64,000 nucleotides of DNA from Octopus vulgaris (GCA_951406725.2 OX597819.1:22506001-22570000); one strand, 5' to 3'; counted from the stretch's first letter, positions 38,909 through 52,355 are shown. Numbers and translations are program-made. The notes: generated by a model not told the origin, from the sequence alone.

Positions 38909-40392
38909 TATCATTATTATTATTATTCAGTAGTTTTATTTTTATTTTTATAGCGTGCTTTCACTTCACTACCGAGCGCAGCTCTGTGTGCCTTGGGTAT
39001 GTGCTGTGATTTGTTGTGATGCTCTGATGGTTATTGTATGGAAAGTGTTCTGCGTAGGATGTGGGCAGTGCCTAGTAGTGCAATTTTCTGTATGTTATAT
39101 GTGTTTGTAAGTCCTGGTGTTTTTGTTATGTATTTGTCTGAATATTTTTTTATCATGCCTAATGCACCTACTATGATAGGAATTGTTTCTGTTTTCAGAT
39201 TCCACATTCTAGTTACCTCTATTTCCAGGTCTTTGTATTTTGAGAGTTTCTCCATTTCTTTTAGAGACACGTTGTCATCTGCCGGTATTGATACATCAAT
39301 TAAAAAGCATTTTTTTCTTCATGATCTCTGACAACTATATCTGGTCTGTTGGCCTTAATTTCTCTATCTGTGTGTATCGGCATATCCCAGAGTATGGTTG
39401 CTTTCTCGTTTTCTGTGACCTTTTCTGGTGTGTGCCTATACCATCTTTTTTCTGTTGTTATTCCATAATGTTGGCATAGCTTCCAATGTATGTAGGTTCC
39501 AACTCTGTCATGTCTGTGAATATATTCCTTCTTAGCCAGGACTGGGCAGCTAGAGATAATATGATTTATTGTTTCTTGTCCATCTCCACATATTCTGCAG
39601 TTACTTGTAATATTTCTTTTCATTACATGTTTTTGGTAATTTCTGGTGGGGAGGCTTTGGTCTTGTGCTGCAATTAAAAATCCCTCTGTTTCTGCTTTGA
39701 GTCCTGAGCTTCTCAACCATTGCTGGGATTTTTCTTTGTCTATTTCTTTTGCGTTTAGTTTAGTGCAGTATTTACCATGAAGGGGCTTTTCTTGCCATCG
39801 TTTTATCATGGTTCGTTGCTGTTCTGTTTTTAGTTTGGATTTCATTTGTTTTATAGCTTTTGTTGTTTCTTCATCTTCTTCTTCTTCTTCATGTTTATTA
39901 GGTGGTATGATTTCTTGTTTGTATTTGTCAGCTTCCTTAAATACTGAGAACAGTTTTTTGTTTTGCTCGTGTTTTGCCGCTATCTGGATCAGTTTTCCTT
40001 CCTTCTGAAGTAGATATTTTTGCAGTCCTATGGTGGTTATTTTATAGTAGTTTTCCAGCTGTATAAGGCCTCTACCACCTTCTATACGTTGTATATATAG
40101 TCTTTCTATGTCAGATTTTGGGTGATGCATCCTAGATCCTGTCATTATTTTTCTTGTTTTCCTATCTATTTTGGTCAGTTCATTTCGTGTCCAGTTAAGG
40201 ATATTGTAGCTGTAACTTATAACTGGGACAGCTAAAGTGTTGATACCTATTATCTTGTTTTTAGCATTGAGCTCTGTGTTTAGTATTGATCTAACTCGTC
40301 TATAATATTCTTTTTTTATTTTCTCTTTCATTTGTGTGTGTTGTGTCTTATCTAGTTCATGGATTCCTAAGTATTTGAAAGTTTGGCTTTCA
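38908..40392 (-). mobile_element. R4/Dong-type RLE non-LTR retrotransposon, 5'-truncated, young
   Basis: 343-aa and 79-aa ORFs joined by one frameshift near 39300. Motifs: ERLY...GGRGL, CCHC knuckle CRICGDGQETINHIISSC, RHD, ANRPDIVV, KLSKYKDL. (TAA)n at both ends. Confidence 0.95.
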
Positions 40393-40393
40393 A

Positions 40394-40482
<89 letters not shown>

Positions 40483-40691
40483 TAATATAATGAGCTCCTG
40501 TCACGCTCGGAGTGATCCATCCAGAAGACAGTATTGTTGGGTAAAGCTCGCATTCTAAGGAGAGTATCGTCTCTTTGAGTCACAGGAGAAAGCATTACTT
40601 GCAACTTTTGGTGTTTTGTTATTGACTGCTTTTAATCAAAGAAGAACCGGAAATTAAGAACTATGTGAGAGTCTTTCATAATAATGATAAT

Positions 40692-40743
<52 letters not shown>

Positions 40744-40835
40744 GTAGTAGTAGTAATAGTAATAATGATGATAATAATAATAATGATGATAATAATAATA
40801 ATAGTAATAATAATAATAATAGTAATAATAATAAT

Positions 40836-40972
<137 letters not shown>

Positions 40973-41257
40973 TAATAATGGTTCGATAGATAGATAGATA
41001 GATATTCAGATATATATTCCCATAGAGAAACAGAGAAATTATAATTAGTTTAGATATAGCCTTATATCTTCTGTTCTTTACCAATGAAATCAAGTCAAAA
41101 CACTGTCAGATAATATTTTATTAGAAACTTTTCCCATTTTATGCATTATAAGCAAACATTGACAAGCAAACTAAGTTGTTAGAATCATATTTAATTTATA
41201 ATGCAAAGCAATCAAATTTCATACAAACTCTATAACAAAAGATATTTATAAAAGTTC

Positions 41258-41425
41258 ACTTACGTATAGCAAAAGGAGAAAGCTGCGAAAAAACTTGAAA
41301 GAATGACTGCAAAAACGATGCGTATTTATAGTTAATGTAACACCTCCGATACAAGCAAACAGCTGGTAACAATATATTTCAGTCTTTATTGTCCCAAAAT
41401 TGAATTGGGAAATAATGACTAGCAA
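41258..41425 (-). promoter_or_regulatory. Gene A promoter and non-coding exon 1 (about 41264-41305)
   Basis: TATAAATA at 41323-41330, downstream TCATTC Inr-like motif, CAGCTG at 41360-41365 and donor AC|GTAAGT at 41258-41263. Conserved in three other copies. Confidence 0.7.
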
Positions 41426-41711
41426 TAAAACAGTAGGTGGTAACTAAAATCTTTTTTATGTCTCGTAGAGAAGTAGAGACACTGATTTCTACTTTTGCAC
41501 CTGAACTAAATAACTAGGAATATTCGCATTACACGTTAGTAACATTGATTCTCTTTGTACTAAACATTTTCTTCTGTCATATTTCGCTTTATCTTTTGCT
41601 GTTAATCTTTTATAAATCAACAAAATTACGCAAGTTATTGTTTTCCTCTGGGAACAAGTTTGCACTGATCCAAACTACACAGTGAATAATATCCTAGTTA
41701 CATAGATAGAC

Positions 41712-41831
<120 letters not shown>

Positions 41832-41932
41832 GTATACACATATACAGCTACATAAGATTTTTGACGACACATGTTTCAAGAATCTTAATTTTCTTGCTCA
41901 TTCAGTTTTTAAAACCTTACATTTCAAGTTAC

Positions 41933-42360
41933 GCATCTTTTCGGTTTGAACAGCAGTTTTTAACATAATTTCTAGGTAACTAAAAAAATTTAAACTTCGT
42001 ATACTGGTAGAATGTGTTTATAAAACATCTTTTTCTCTTGGCTTTATTGAGAAAATTCTATAGTTTGTAAGGTATTTGTTGTTTTGTTTCTTCAATTTCT
42101 GCAATTTCAACCAATCAGTGACGTCTATTGAGTTAAAATGTATTCTGTGCCGTATGAATATGTCCCTCGTTTAAGAAACAGATTGGGTTTATTTACATTT
42201 GTGAAGAAAAAAAGATATTATCCCCCCCTAAACCTAACCCTAACTAACCCTAACCCTAAAAGAGATTGAAATGCAATAGATCGATTCTAGGGTCATATTT
42301 ATGGGTGACAATTTCATATGACACTGCTAGAAAAAACTGCCGTTCAAACCGAAAAGATCC
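41933..42360. mobile_element. MITE with 8-bp target-site duplication
   Basis: TIR G(C/G)ATCTTTTCGGTTTGAAC(A/G)GCAGTTTTT; CAAGTTAC duplicated at 41925-41932 and 42361-42368. Confidence 0.93.
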
Positions 42361-42779
42361 CAAGTTACTAATGTCAGATACAACGATGTCTCAGCAATTG
42401 AAAAGGCACGCTGAAATTGTTGCCTTAAAAGTGCAGAAGAGTTATACGGAATAACTCGCATGCGGAAAGTTTCCCTTTATTTATTGTACAAAATCACAGG
42501 AATAATCAATAAAACCCTCAGAAGTCACATTATTCAGACCTTTTGTATCAACACCATACTTCAATTTTCCAAATTTGCGATCATTTTACAATTCTCCTTT
42601 TCTTCTGTAGCATCGACACTACACTTCTCAGGGAGTTCATATCTTCCGATATTTTCCTTTTCTACCAAGATTGTGAGAAATTGAGATTTAATCACAAGAA
42701 AATGCTGCTGAGTCGATGAACATCAGACGATAATGACAAGGTTTGGATGTTTGAATCGCAGAAAAGAGGGAATTTATGT

Positions 42780-43680
42780 GTGAATGCTTACCAATGGAGA
42801 CTGAATTAACCCTCTTCCTTTGCTCCTATTTTAATTGCATTTCTTTGGCTGTCTCTCACTCTCTCTGTCTCCCTCTCTTTTTTCGCCATCCTTGATAACT
42901 CTCTCCTTACACATTAGCACAGAATGGTAAATTTTAGTATGAAAATTCACTTCTATCTTCCTCATGCAAATGAGCCTTCCAAGTGTGATGTTATGTCGCG
43001 CTCACAAGTCCAAGATAAGCTTCGTTTCATCTCAGTGTTACTACCTTCTTCATGCCTTCGGAAAACATACCCACTCATAGTCGCTTTTTCGTATGCTGAG
43101 CGTTTCCCAACCAAGTCTTCTTTGTGGTATGCTAGTCTTGTATGGGAGATCATGAGCTTGTATGGGAGGTCATGAGGAAGTGAGAGCTTCTTGAGCTCAA
43201 TTCCGACACGTAGAATATTGTGTTCACTTTCAGCACTAATTTGATTTATTTAGTTTGCTGCTGTTGTTTAGCAAGTGCTGAGCAGAGAGAGGCTATGTAA
43301 CATTCGAAGGCTATGCACACTGATACCTCCTTTATCTCTTCTTAGGTAGAGCCTGTCAATATAACTATTTTTGTGGAAGTTTCCACTCGATGGTAGAATC
43401 TTGTGAATTTTAATGTCTCTAGTGTGATTCTCTTGTATATATCTGTCAAATACCCCAAATGTTGGAATCAGCACCAGTATTGTAAATGCATTGTGGGATA
43501 TTGTTGTTAGAGGAGAGTTCCGATTGGCATATGTTTCTACATCCGGAATAATATTCTTGAGTCAGTCTATATTTATTTGCAATACCTGGGTATGATATAT
43601 TTTCATGAATGCCTAGGTACTTATAACGTTCTTTGTTTTGAACAGGAAAGATAGTGAGATCACTCATGCACAGATGTTGC
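42780..43680 (-). mobile_element. Decayed R4/Dong-type LINE fragment
   Basis: YKYLGIHEN and NFHKNSYIDRLYLRRDKGG. Confidence 0.75.
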
Positions 43681-43859
43681 TTCTGCAGGACTGACTGTTT
43701 GGGTAAACTGTTATCTCATATACGAGTTAACCCATAGCTGGAACCCTAACAGATGCTACGTTTCGGGTTCGGAAAAGACCTAGGAACTATAGTGACACAG
43801 ATGTGGAATTCAAACTCAGCAGCTAAACGAAAAACGCTCAGACGGGATACGGGATACTA

Positions 43860-45520
43860 ATACCACCAGAAGACTGAAGAACTGAATCAGTACATTCTTG
43901 CAAGAAAGCAAAACTGACTAGGATTGAAAAACGGATTAAATAATACCGCAAATCCGATTGTTTAGAATCGATCAAAACATATTTTGTCGAGACATTAATG
44001 ATGATTTAGTTGTTCGTGATACAAAGGAAAGTCGAAGGTTTGGGGGTAAGATATGAAGTAAGAAAGAACAACACAATATTGGAGCTAAATGGCTTTGCAG
44101 CCTGAAGCAAACAGAAAGAAGCTATAGACTTTACCGAGGACAATATCACAAATATGAGCAAAAAGATGAACAATTAGAAAGCAGTAGAACCTGATGTTTA
44201 CAATTGTTTTAAAAGAAAAAGTGCAGTAGGTGCCATAAATGGATTGCTGAACAATTCAGTGCCGCGATTGATGGATAAGAAATTCCATGGTGGTTGACCA
44301 ATAAACGAACAGTGTTATGCTTGAAGAATGCCCCGAAAAGAACTGCCTGCCGACAATTACAGGACAATTCCTTGTCTTCCATTGATGTAGAAATTACTGT
44401 CTGGAGGGTTCGCTGAGGAATTGTATAAATTTCTAGATGATAACGACATTGTACCAATGGACCAAAAAGGTTGTAGGAAATGCAGACGCACCGAAGACCA
44501 ATTATTGACAGATGAAATACTAATACAAGTTTGTAAGTGAAATATAAATTACAATATGATTTCATAGTCATGGATCATTGAGTGCTTAGAATTGCAAAGA
44601 AAGTAACACGCTTTTGGAAGACAAGTTTGGTGGGTTGGAAAATTGAGTTGACATCGAAGAGGTAAAATTTGGACACACTGGGCATCACAAGAGAGAATTT
44701 TCAAGAAGATAGCTGATCTCCGTTACTTTTTGCATCTTGCATGATCCCCCTGACTTTGGTGGTGAAGAAAATGTACCTTGGATATCAGTTAAAGGGAAAA
44801 ACATAGAGAACCAATCATCTCCTTTTCATTGGTGATTTGAAGCTGTATTTCAAGGATGGGGTACAAGCGAGTTCTTTAGTGAGACGGTTCACTGTTTTAG
44901 TGTTGATGTTACGATGGAATTCGGAATCACGAAGTGTGATAAGACAAGTCTGAAAAGAAAGAAGTTAGAGTCCTTAGCAGGGATAGGTTTACCAAACAGA
45001 GAACTGATGAAACAAATTGAAAGGAACTCTCTGAGTAACTTGGCATACTAGATTTCGATGAAATCATGGAGAAGGAAATGGGACAACAGCCGCGTAAAGA
45101 CTGTTTCCGAAGGGTGAGATTGGCATTGAGCTAAAAACGGACTGGGTGGAATAAAATCCAAGCAGTAAAGACATTGGTGATGGCATCACCTCGGTATGGA
45201 GCTGGAATGACAAACTGGCACAAGAAAGAACTGCTGAGTATGAATACGAAGACATGGAAAGTATTTCAGTGCACGGACATTCAAGCCCAAACAATGTTGC
45301 ACTTGTGCTGAAGAAAGGGTGGCAGAGGTTTGATCATTTGTGAGGATAGTGTTAATGCAGAAGTAAACACTGGAGGAAAAATAGCTGATATGTAAAAAAA
45401 ATAACGCATAACTGCTTCTGATAAACGTGAAGAAATTCTGCATCATCAAAATTGTGTTAAGGGAAATTTAAAGAGCGACAAAATACAAAAGAGTTGGAAG
45501 GAGATAAAAGGTACGGTTTG
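43860..45520 (+). mobile_element. Heavily decayed R4/Dong-type RT region
   Basis: Remnants NYRTI.CL, DQKGCRK, RENFQEDS.SPLLF, NHLLFIGDLKL and MEFGITKC. Confidence 0.7.
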
Positions 45521-46740
45521 CTTGCATGAGATTCAAGCTCCAAGACAAATACAGTAGCTTTTTCGTTATTTCTTAGTGAACAAAGTACAATAGAGTAACT
45601 GTAATGAAGTTTGACTCTTCCGTATTTGTGGTGTGATTTTCTGAGTTCATTTAATTATTGATTTCCACCATTTTTGTTATATGTAATAGTACATTTCCAG
45701 AAATAGCAGTCAGAACATTTCCCAGCTTCGTTAACAAACACTACTTCAGTTTGTGTTTTATTTGAAGAACTGAATTGTGTGTTGTATCTATGTAACAGGT
45801 TGAGATTGCCAAGGTTATTTTAAATTTGTAAGTTGTCCCTTTACTAGTTATATAAAAATATCAATGGGATTTTAAAGTGATCAGGCTCTGCATTGAAGAG
45901 TTGTTTTTATAGGGCTAGAGCTGAATGGTTGAAACCGAAACAATATGTCTCTATATTAAAAGGAATCTGTTCATTTTATGAACATTAGTTCTATTTCATA
46001 TTGAATTTTGTGTAAAAATATACGTTAAAAGGCTTTTTGTTAACATGCCACAAACATATTCAAATAGTTGAACTAAAAAAAGAAAATTGGCACCATATAT
46101 CTAGGCCAAATCTTTTATTACATCAATATTCTTGGAATTAATTCCGGTCTTTACACTACATTACCTCCACCTAATAGAGGCACCACTATTTATACTCCTC
46201 TCTGAGGAGACACAATTATGATATCCAGTATATCGTGCCCATGTCCCTCCTTCAAGATAGAAGCTATATTCCTTTCTCTTTCCTAATTATGGTATCTGAA
46301 CTATGTAATCCGATTTACTCATCATACATCCAGTATTAGATATTTTTTCCTACTTGTTCGCCTTTGGCGCACTATACTTTTTTCTAGTTGATCTGATTCT
46401 GTCATGTTTGTTTGGCTGGAATTTTTCATTCACTGTCAGTTGTTAAGTGCCTGTTTACTACACGCATTTTAGATTCTATAGATGTCTTTGGGTCATCATT
46501 CATTTCATTATGGGGATTGACTTCAGTGATATTCCAGGGACTGGAAAGTATATACAGAAACCATTATTGGACTCTAAAATGCTTAGAAACATTTGAATGT
46601 TGCAAATGAGCATTTGTTAAGATATAATCAGGAGAACGTCTTTGAAATTGTTAGTGAAAGTGCTATATTCATAGACAAGGACATCCTCAAAACGGGATGC
46701 AGATGCAATAAATTTACTATAACATAAATGAGAACAGATA

Positions 46741-46975
46741 AGGCGGCGAGCTGGCAGAAACGTTAGCTCGCCGGGCGAAATGCTTTGTGGTATTTCGTCC
46801 GCCGCTACGTTCTGAGTTCAAATTCCGCCGAGGTCAACTTTGTTTTTCATCCTTTCGGGGTCGATTAAATAAGTACCAGTTACGCACTGGGGTCGCTATA
46901 ATCGACCTAATCCGTTTGTCTGTCCTTGTTTGTTCTCTCTGTGTTTAGCCCCTTGTGGGTAATAAAGAAATAATA
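46741..46975 (+). mobile_element. tRNA-derived SINE (Meta-domain-like)
   Basis: GGCGGCGAGCTGGCAGAA A-box, GAGTTCAAATTC B-box and TTTCATCCTTTCGGGGTCGAT. Confidence 0.88.
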
Positions 46976-47534
46976 AATGAGAACAGATACATAGCATGAG
47001 TATATCAAATACATTATGTAACAGTAGGAAAATAAATATGGAAATAGCCATAAAGAAGCAATAAATTACATTAAAATAGAGCATTTGGATGCATAATATT
47101 GCATTGTAATGCAATAAGGTTTCACTGTCATAACCTTAATAGATAGTTTATATTTTCCATTGTGATTTTCAAAACACTTAGTCTTTGTATTATATTATCT
47201 GCTTTGAATTACTGCGTTTCACAATGTGGTGTAGCTATTACTAAAACGTTAAATTTTAACTTGCGATGTTTTTAATTTCGATTTCCCTTATATCTTTCTG
47301 GCATCCCATAAAGATTATTGAGTAAATCCTGTCATTTATCTTGGTATTTGGGTTGCCTTTTAATGAAATAATTTCTTCCAATGTTCTGCTGCTTTTACTT
47401 ATTTCTCATAGATGCCTATTTAATAGTATCTTGGCTTGAATTAACTTGATCCAACTTCAATTGTTTTGTCATGAGGACATATTTCCTTCATTGGTTCTGT
47501 TACACTTTCTGTACAGCTGAATTTGTGTATTCTT

Positions 47535-47572
<38 letters not shown>

Positions 47573-47641
47573 GGAGTAAACACATAAATGTGAAACAAGG
47601 TGAAAAAAAGAGTACTCAAATACCAGTGGTAGAGTAATATG

Positions 47642-47799
47642 CTTTATTTTAAGCAGCAGAAAATTCAACAAAATCTGTTACTCTGAGTTTCTCGTTGCCG
47701 TTCATCAGACAGTTTTTGCTAGCAAAAACTGTCTGATGAACGGCAACGAGAAACTCAGAGTAACAGATTTTGTTGAATTTTCTGCTGCTTAAAATAAAG
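47642..47799. repeat. Perfect 158-bp palindrome carrying two hammerhead-like motifs
   Basis: 79-bp arms, no spacer, centre GCT|AGC at 47720/47721. Confidence 0.97.
47729..47766 (+). ncRNA. Minimal type I hammerhead ribozyme-like motif (mirror copy at 47675-47712, minus strand)
   Basis: CTGT-CTGATGA-A-CG-GCAA-CG-A-GAAAC-TCAGA-GTA-ACAG. Confidence 0.65.
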
Positions 47800-47989
47800 T
47801 ATATATATATATATATATTTCTCCATACATCGGCGAATATTTGATGCACTCTTGTGTAAGGTGAAGGCCTATTTTAAAAGTATAGAGTGATCGGGATATA
47901 TTTAACTTTATTTCGGCTACTTTTCATCTCTTTTTTCTTTTTTGAGGAATAGCTGGATGTTTTCATGAACTTTGAACGGTGTTGGAGGG

Positions 47990-48265
47990 CATAGATATTG
48001 AGGACTCAAAGCCATCTGCATATTGGAAAAGATTTACCAGTAACATTAAAATTCGCACGTTGGATCAAAGAGCTGATATTATGATTGCCGCTCAATGCTC
48101 TGTGAACACTGCAAACATTATAAGACGTGACATGAACAGATGCCACGAAGACTACGAAGCTGTGGCCGGGAGGAAAGGAGACAAAATGTGTTCTGGCTGT
48201 ATTGAACAGGGCTTCGAACTCAATTCAGACGGCTATGTGAAGTTGCTGGAGATATGGTGAACTTT
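47990..48265 (+). mobile_element. Tc1/mariner-like (DD37D-type) deleted fragment
   Basis: IMIAAQCSVNT and EQGFELNSDGYVKLLE resemble the N-terminal and catalytic-region segments of such transposases. Confidence 0.5.
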
Positions 48266-48539
48266 GGACCCCAGCCATCCAAGAACTGTCGAATGATCTT
48301 CGCCGTTCCTAACAAGCATGTATTCTATGTGGTTCTTTAAGCCAATCTTTTCAGTCCACTCCCTTATATTCTACATTTTATTACTATCATCATTATTATA
48401 TCGCGATTATTCTCAGATTTATCTTGCTGTGTATGACGCTACAGGAACTTTGCTGAGTACTTTTGAAGTTACAAGTAAGGTTTTCTATCAGCACATTCGT
48501 TCACATCTATTTAAGCCATGTTCGTAGGTGAGGTATTGA

Positions 48540-49190
48540 TATTTCCCAGGACACCACTCACTGTTGGTATTACGCCTACTTTCTTTATTAGCCATATGTA
48601 TATTTCCCACTTCAATTCACCATAGCTTTCTACTATTCGACTACTTAGTCCTCTTCAATCTTGGTGTCACCAGGACATGCTATGTCAATTACCAGGCAAG
48701 TCTTTCCCTCTTCTGATCACCACAACAATGTCAGGTTTTCGCTGTTTAATTTGATGCTCACATTGAATTAATGTATCCCACAAAAGTTTGCCGTCATCTT
48801 TCTCAGTAACTCCTTGTGGGATTTGGTTATACGACGTCTTTGATCTTTCTTACCCATAAACTTCACAACGCTCTCAATGGATCATTCTAACTACATTTTC
48901 ATGTCACCTTTTGTATTCCCGTTGTGCCAGTTTTGGGTACTCACTAACAATGTGTCATGTTGTTTAACCCCTCTCAAAACATAAGCTGCATTTGTAGCTT
49001 TTGGTTAGTTTATCAAAACCGGTATCAGAAGGCGACTACAGAGAATCGAATCCCTATCTTCAGGTGCCTGTTAAGCTCTCTATACCACAGAGAAAGCAGT
49101 TATAAGCAAAGCCACGAGAACGAATTGGCGTCGATAGCCATATGTGTGCAATTCACTGTGGCATATTTCATTTCAAGTTTTAAAATGAAT
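48540..49190 (-). mobile_element. R4/Dong fragment plus SINE-like block, duplicated at 53335-53985
   Basis: IVSEYPKLAQREYKR.HENV..IHW and KQRKPDIVV; shared CGAGAACGAATTGGC block. Confidence 0.7.
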
Positions 49191-49458
49191 ATAAATGTTC
49201 TTTGGCTCTGAAATAGAGAAAGGAAAACCAAACAATAACTTACGGCTTTCAGTTATTTATAAGAACAGGAAAAGATAAAGCAATATGTGACAAAAAGACT
49301 TGTTTAATACAAATAGGGTTCGAATGTGATTAGTGCATGGTACGACTTTTTCTACAAGCGATTATTTATTTAGTTCAAGTGAAGAAGTATAAATTAGTGT
49401 CCCTAAATATATATATGAGTCGTTAAAAAATATTTAGTAGTCAGCTAGTATTTTATGG

Positions 49459-49610
49459 CATGTTATTATTACCCCATTCGATTATGGCGTAATAAAAACT
49501 GATTAATTGACACCAGCTGTTTATTAGTATTAGATATAAGTATTCATAAGTTTTCGCATTCGTCATTCTTTCAATTTTCTTCGCCGCTTCTCCTTTAGGT
49601 AAACGTAAGT
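49459..49610 (+). promoter_or_regulatory. Paralog B: promoter and non-coding exon 1
   Basis: TTATTACCCCATTCG, CAGCTG at 49514-49519, TATAAGTA at 49535-49542, TCATTCTTTCAA and donor AC|GTAAGT at 49605. Confidence 0.65.
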
Positions 49611-49872
49611 GGACATCTATCAATATCTTATTTTCAGAAGAAATTTGTTTGATTCCATGACTGTTTTGAATTATAGCTCATAATTTTTTCATCAATGTAT
49701 TCTTTTAATACATAAAATGAGAAACGCGTCTAATATAAAGTTTTCAAGCAGTATCCTGATTTGGTTTTATCAATTAAGAAAAGAAAATATGAGGTCTGAG
49801 TCTAAACTAATTGTATTTTCTCTGATTCTCTATCTGAATATACGTTTTGTGCGTTTGTATCTATCTATCTAC

Positions 49873-49950
<78 letters not shown>

Positions 49951-49974
49951 CTATATATATACATATTTTTTTTA

Positions 49975-50167
49975 CTTGTTTCAGTCATTTGACTGCGGCC
50001 ATGCTGGAGCACCGCCTTTAGTCGAACAAATCGACCCCAGGACTTATTCGTTGTAAGCCTAGTACTTATTCTATCGGTCTGTTCTGCCGAACCGCTAAGT
50101 TACGGGGACACGAACACACCAGCATCAGCCGTCGAGCGATGCTGGGGGGAGAAACACAGACGCACAA

Positions 50168-50200
<33 letters not shown>

Positions 50201-50358
50201 TATATATATATATACGACAGGCTTCTTTCAGTTTCCGTCTACCAAATCCACTCACGAGGTTATAGTAGAAGACACTTGCTCAAGGTGCCACGCAGTGGGA
50301 CTGAACCCGGAACCATATCGTTGGTAAGCAAGCTACTTACCACACAGCCACTTCTGCG

Positions 50359-50360
<2 letters not shown>
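49975..50360 (-). mobile_element. tRNA-derived SINE (CORE-like octopod family), near full length
   Basis: Minus strand AGGCGCAGAAGTGGCTGTGTGGTAAG...GGTTCAGTCCC...GCAAGTGTCTTCTACTATA...GCTCCAGCATGGCCGCAGTC. Confidence 0.88.
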
Positions 50361-50395
<35 letters not shown>

Positions 50396-51399
50396 CATCT
50401 AGCTTCCTGGATACTGTATTTACTTGAAACATGCAGCTGGTAGTTACTTAAGCGTTAATAACGTGCGTATTAATAACAATTCTGACACTAAAATATGCGC
50501 TTGTGGTACTAAGGTGGAGCTAATTCAATATGTGAACTTAGGAAAATGGTAATATCCTTACTGAATTGTCGACTTTGCTTTTGATACTATCGGGATCGAT
50601 AAAGTAAGAAACAGATGAGCACGGGAGTCGATATTATCGAGTTACCCGCTACCCCCAAATCGCTGGCCTCGTGCCAAAATTTGAAACCAACGTGAATAGT
50701 ATTGGTAAGTGTAATAATTGGATTAGAATGAATATTAATATTGAACATTATGATAGGTGAATAATTATAATACTAAATACGAGCTGGATAGTCAAGCGTC
50801 GAGGTTATCCCGGAATTCATAAGCTTACTAGATAGCGCAAAGGTTCACCTGATAGTTGCTGGCAGAAAGACAAGATGTTACTTTTGCTGGGATACAAATC
50901 ACATCAGAGCTTTCTGCCCACAAAAAGAAAGAAATGAGCCCCTCATTTTTGCCGACACCGCTGCCAACAGAAAAACAATAACAGCAAATGTAGGTGCCTA
51001 CTACAGCTGCAAAAAACAAGAGTAACAATAACAGCAACAAAAACAACGAGCAACGGTGGAAGCAACTGTAGTAGCGGCAACAACATAGACAACTGTGGAA
51101 GAAACCGTATGACACACGACTAAGACATCACCAATATCGACAGTGGCAAAAAGAGCAGCTTTAAAACTCCCCCAAAACAACAACTTTATGAACAGAAAAC
51201 GACAAAAAGATCCGCGCAAAGATCTTCTCCTCGCATGTTAGGAGCTATCAGACATGTTCTGCAGTGAGGGAAGGCAAGAAGACCCTAATTGAGAAAATAT
51301 TCCTAGATCAAACAAGAGAAAAAATGACTAAAGTGGGACCCAAAAAACTGGCAAGTATGTGAGAGTGTGCATGCGTTCGAATATACGTATATACATACA

Positions 51400-51435
<36 letters not shown>

Positions 51436-51455
51436 TAAATAAATATATATAAATA

Positions 51456-51538
<83 letters not shown>

Positions 51539-52153
51539 TTCAGCAAAATTTAGATTCAGATGAATATGGTACTTAAGTTAAAGGCACCCGAATTTGGCAT
51601 GGTATTATCCATATAAATCAAATGGGGTGTTTATAATCAAAATAAGCAACAAGGATATCTAAGGTAGTGTAGTACAGTCGTTTCATGCTACTCCATTTTA
51701 TTAAACAATGTAAGTATTACATCAGTTTTAAAATGTAGAGCATCTTCAACCACATATAGAATTTTCCAATTAAATAGACAATGTACATTTTTATACTTAT
51801 TCCATTTGCCAACATTATAAAGAGGGTAGATATATAGACAGAGAGGTTGATTTCATCATTAAGAACATGGCAGTAGAAGGTTCTTCCCTATGGGCAGATA
51901 AAAAATCTGCCCATAGGGAAGGACCTTCTACTTAAAATTGAATGCTTACCAAACTACACGCCAACAGGCTCAACACACGTATGTATGTACACATGCACTC
52001 ATTCTCTCTCGCAAACACAGACACTCATATATAGATCGATAGATAGATAGATAGATAGATAGATAGTTAGATTGATAGATAGATAAATATATTGATAGAT
52101 AGATAGATTGACAGACGGAAAACTGTATGTGTGTCTCTTTGTGTGCGCGCGTG

Positions 52154-52225
<72 letters not shown>

Positions 52226-52276
52226 TTACAACACTGTTACTATTTCGATCATTTACAATTGCATTTGTACTTTCAG

Positions 52277-52355
52277 ATCAATATGACACGACTATTTCCC
52301 TTCTTTTGCTTGTTTTTGGAAGTAGAAACTGCTTTTATCGAACCAGCTAACAAAA
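52277..52355 (+). pseudogene. Paralog B exon 2: MTRLFPFFCLFLEVETAFIEPANK (degraded signal peptide)
   Basis: tgtactttcag| acceptor, ATG at 52283, A|gtaagt donor; acidic residues interrupt the hydrophobic core. Confidence 0.8.

Noticed and set aside
42227-42259. Telomere or chromosome fusion site
   Set aside because: Only a few degenerate units, internal to a MITE.
45600-46700. Possible further Penelope-like remnant (MSKSDYI on the minus strand)
   Set aside because: Too degraded to support from one short motif.
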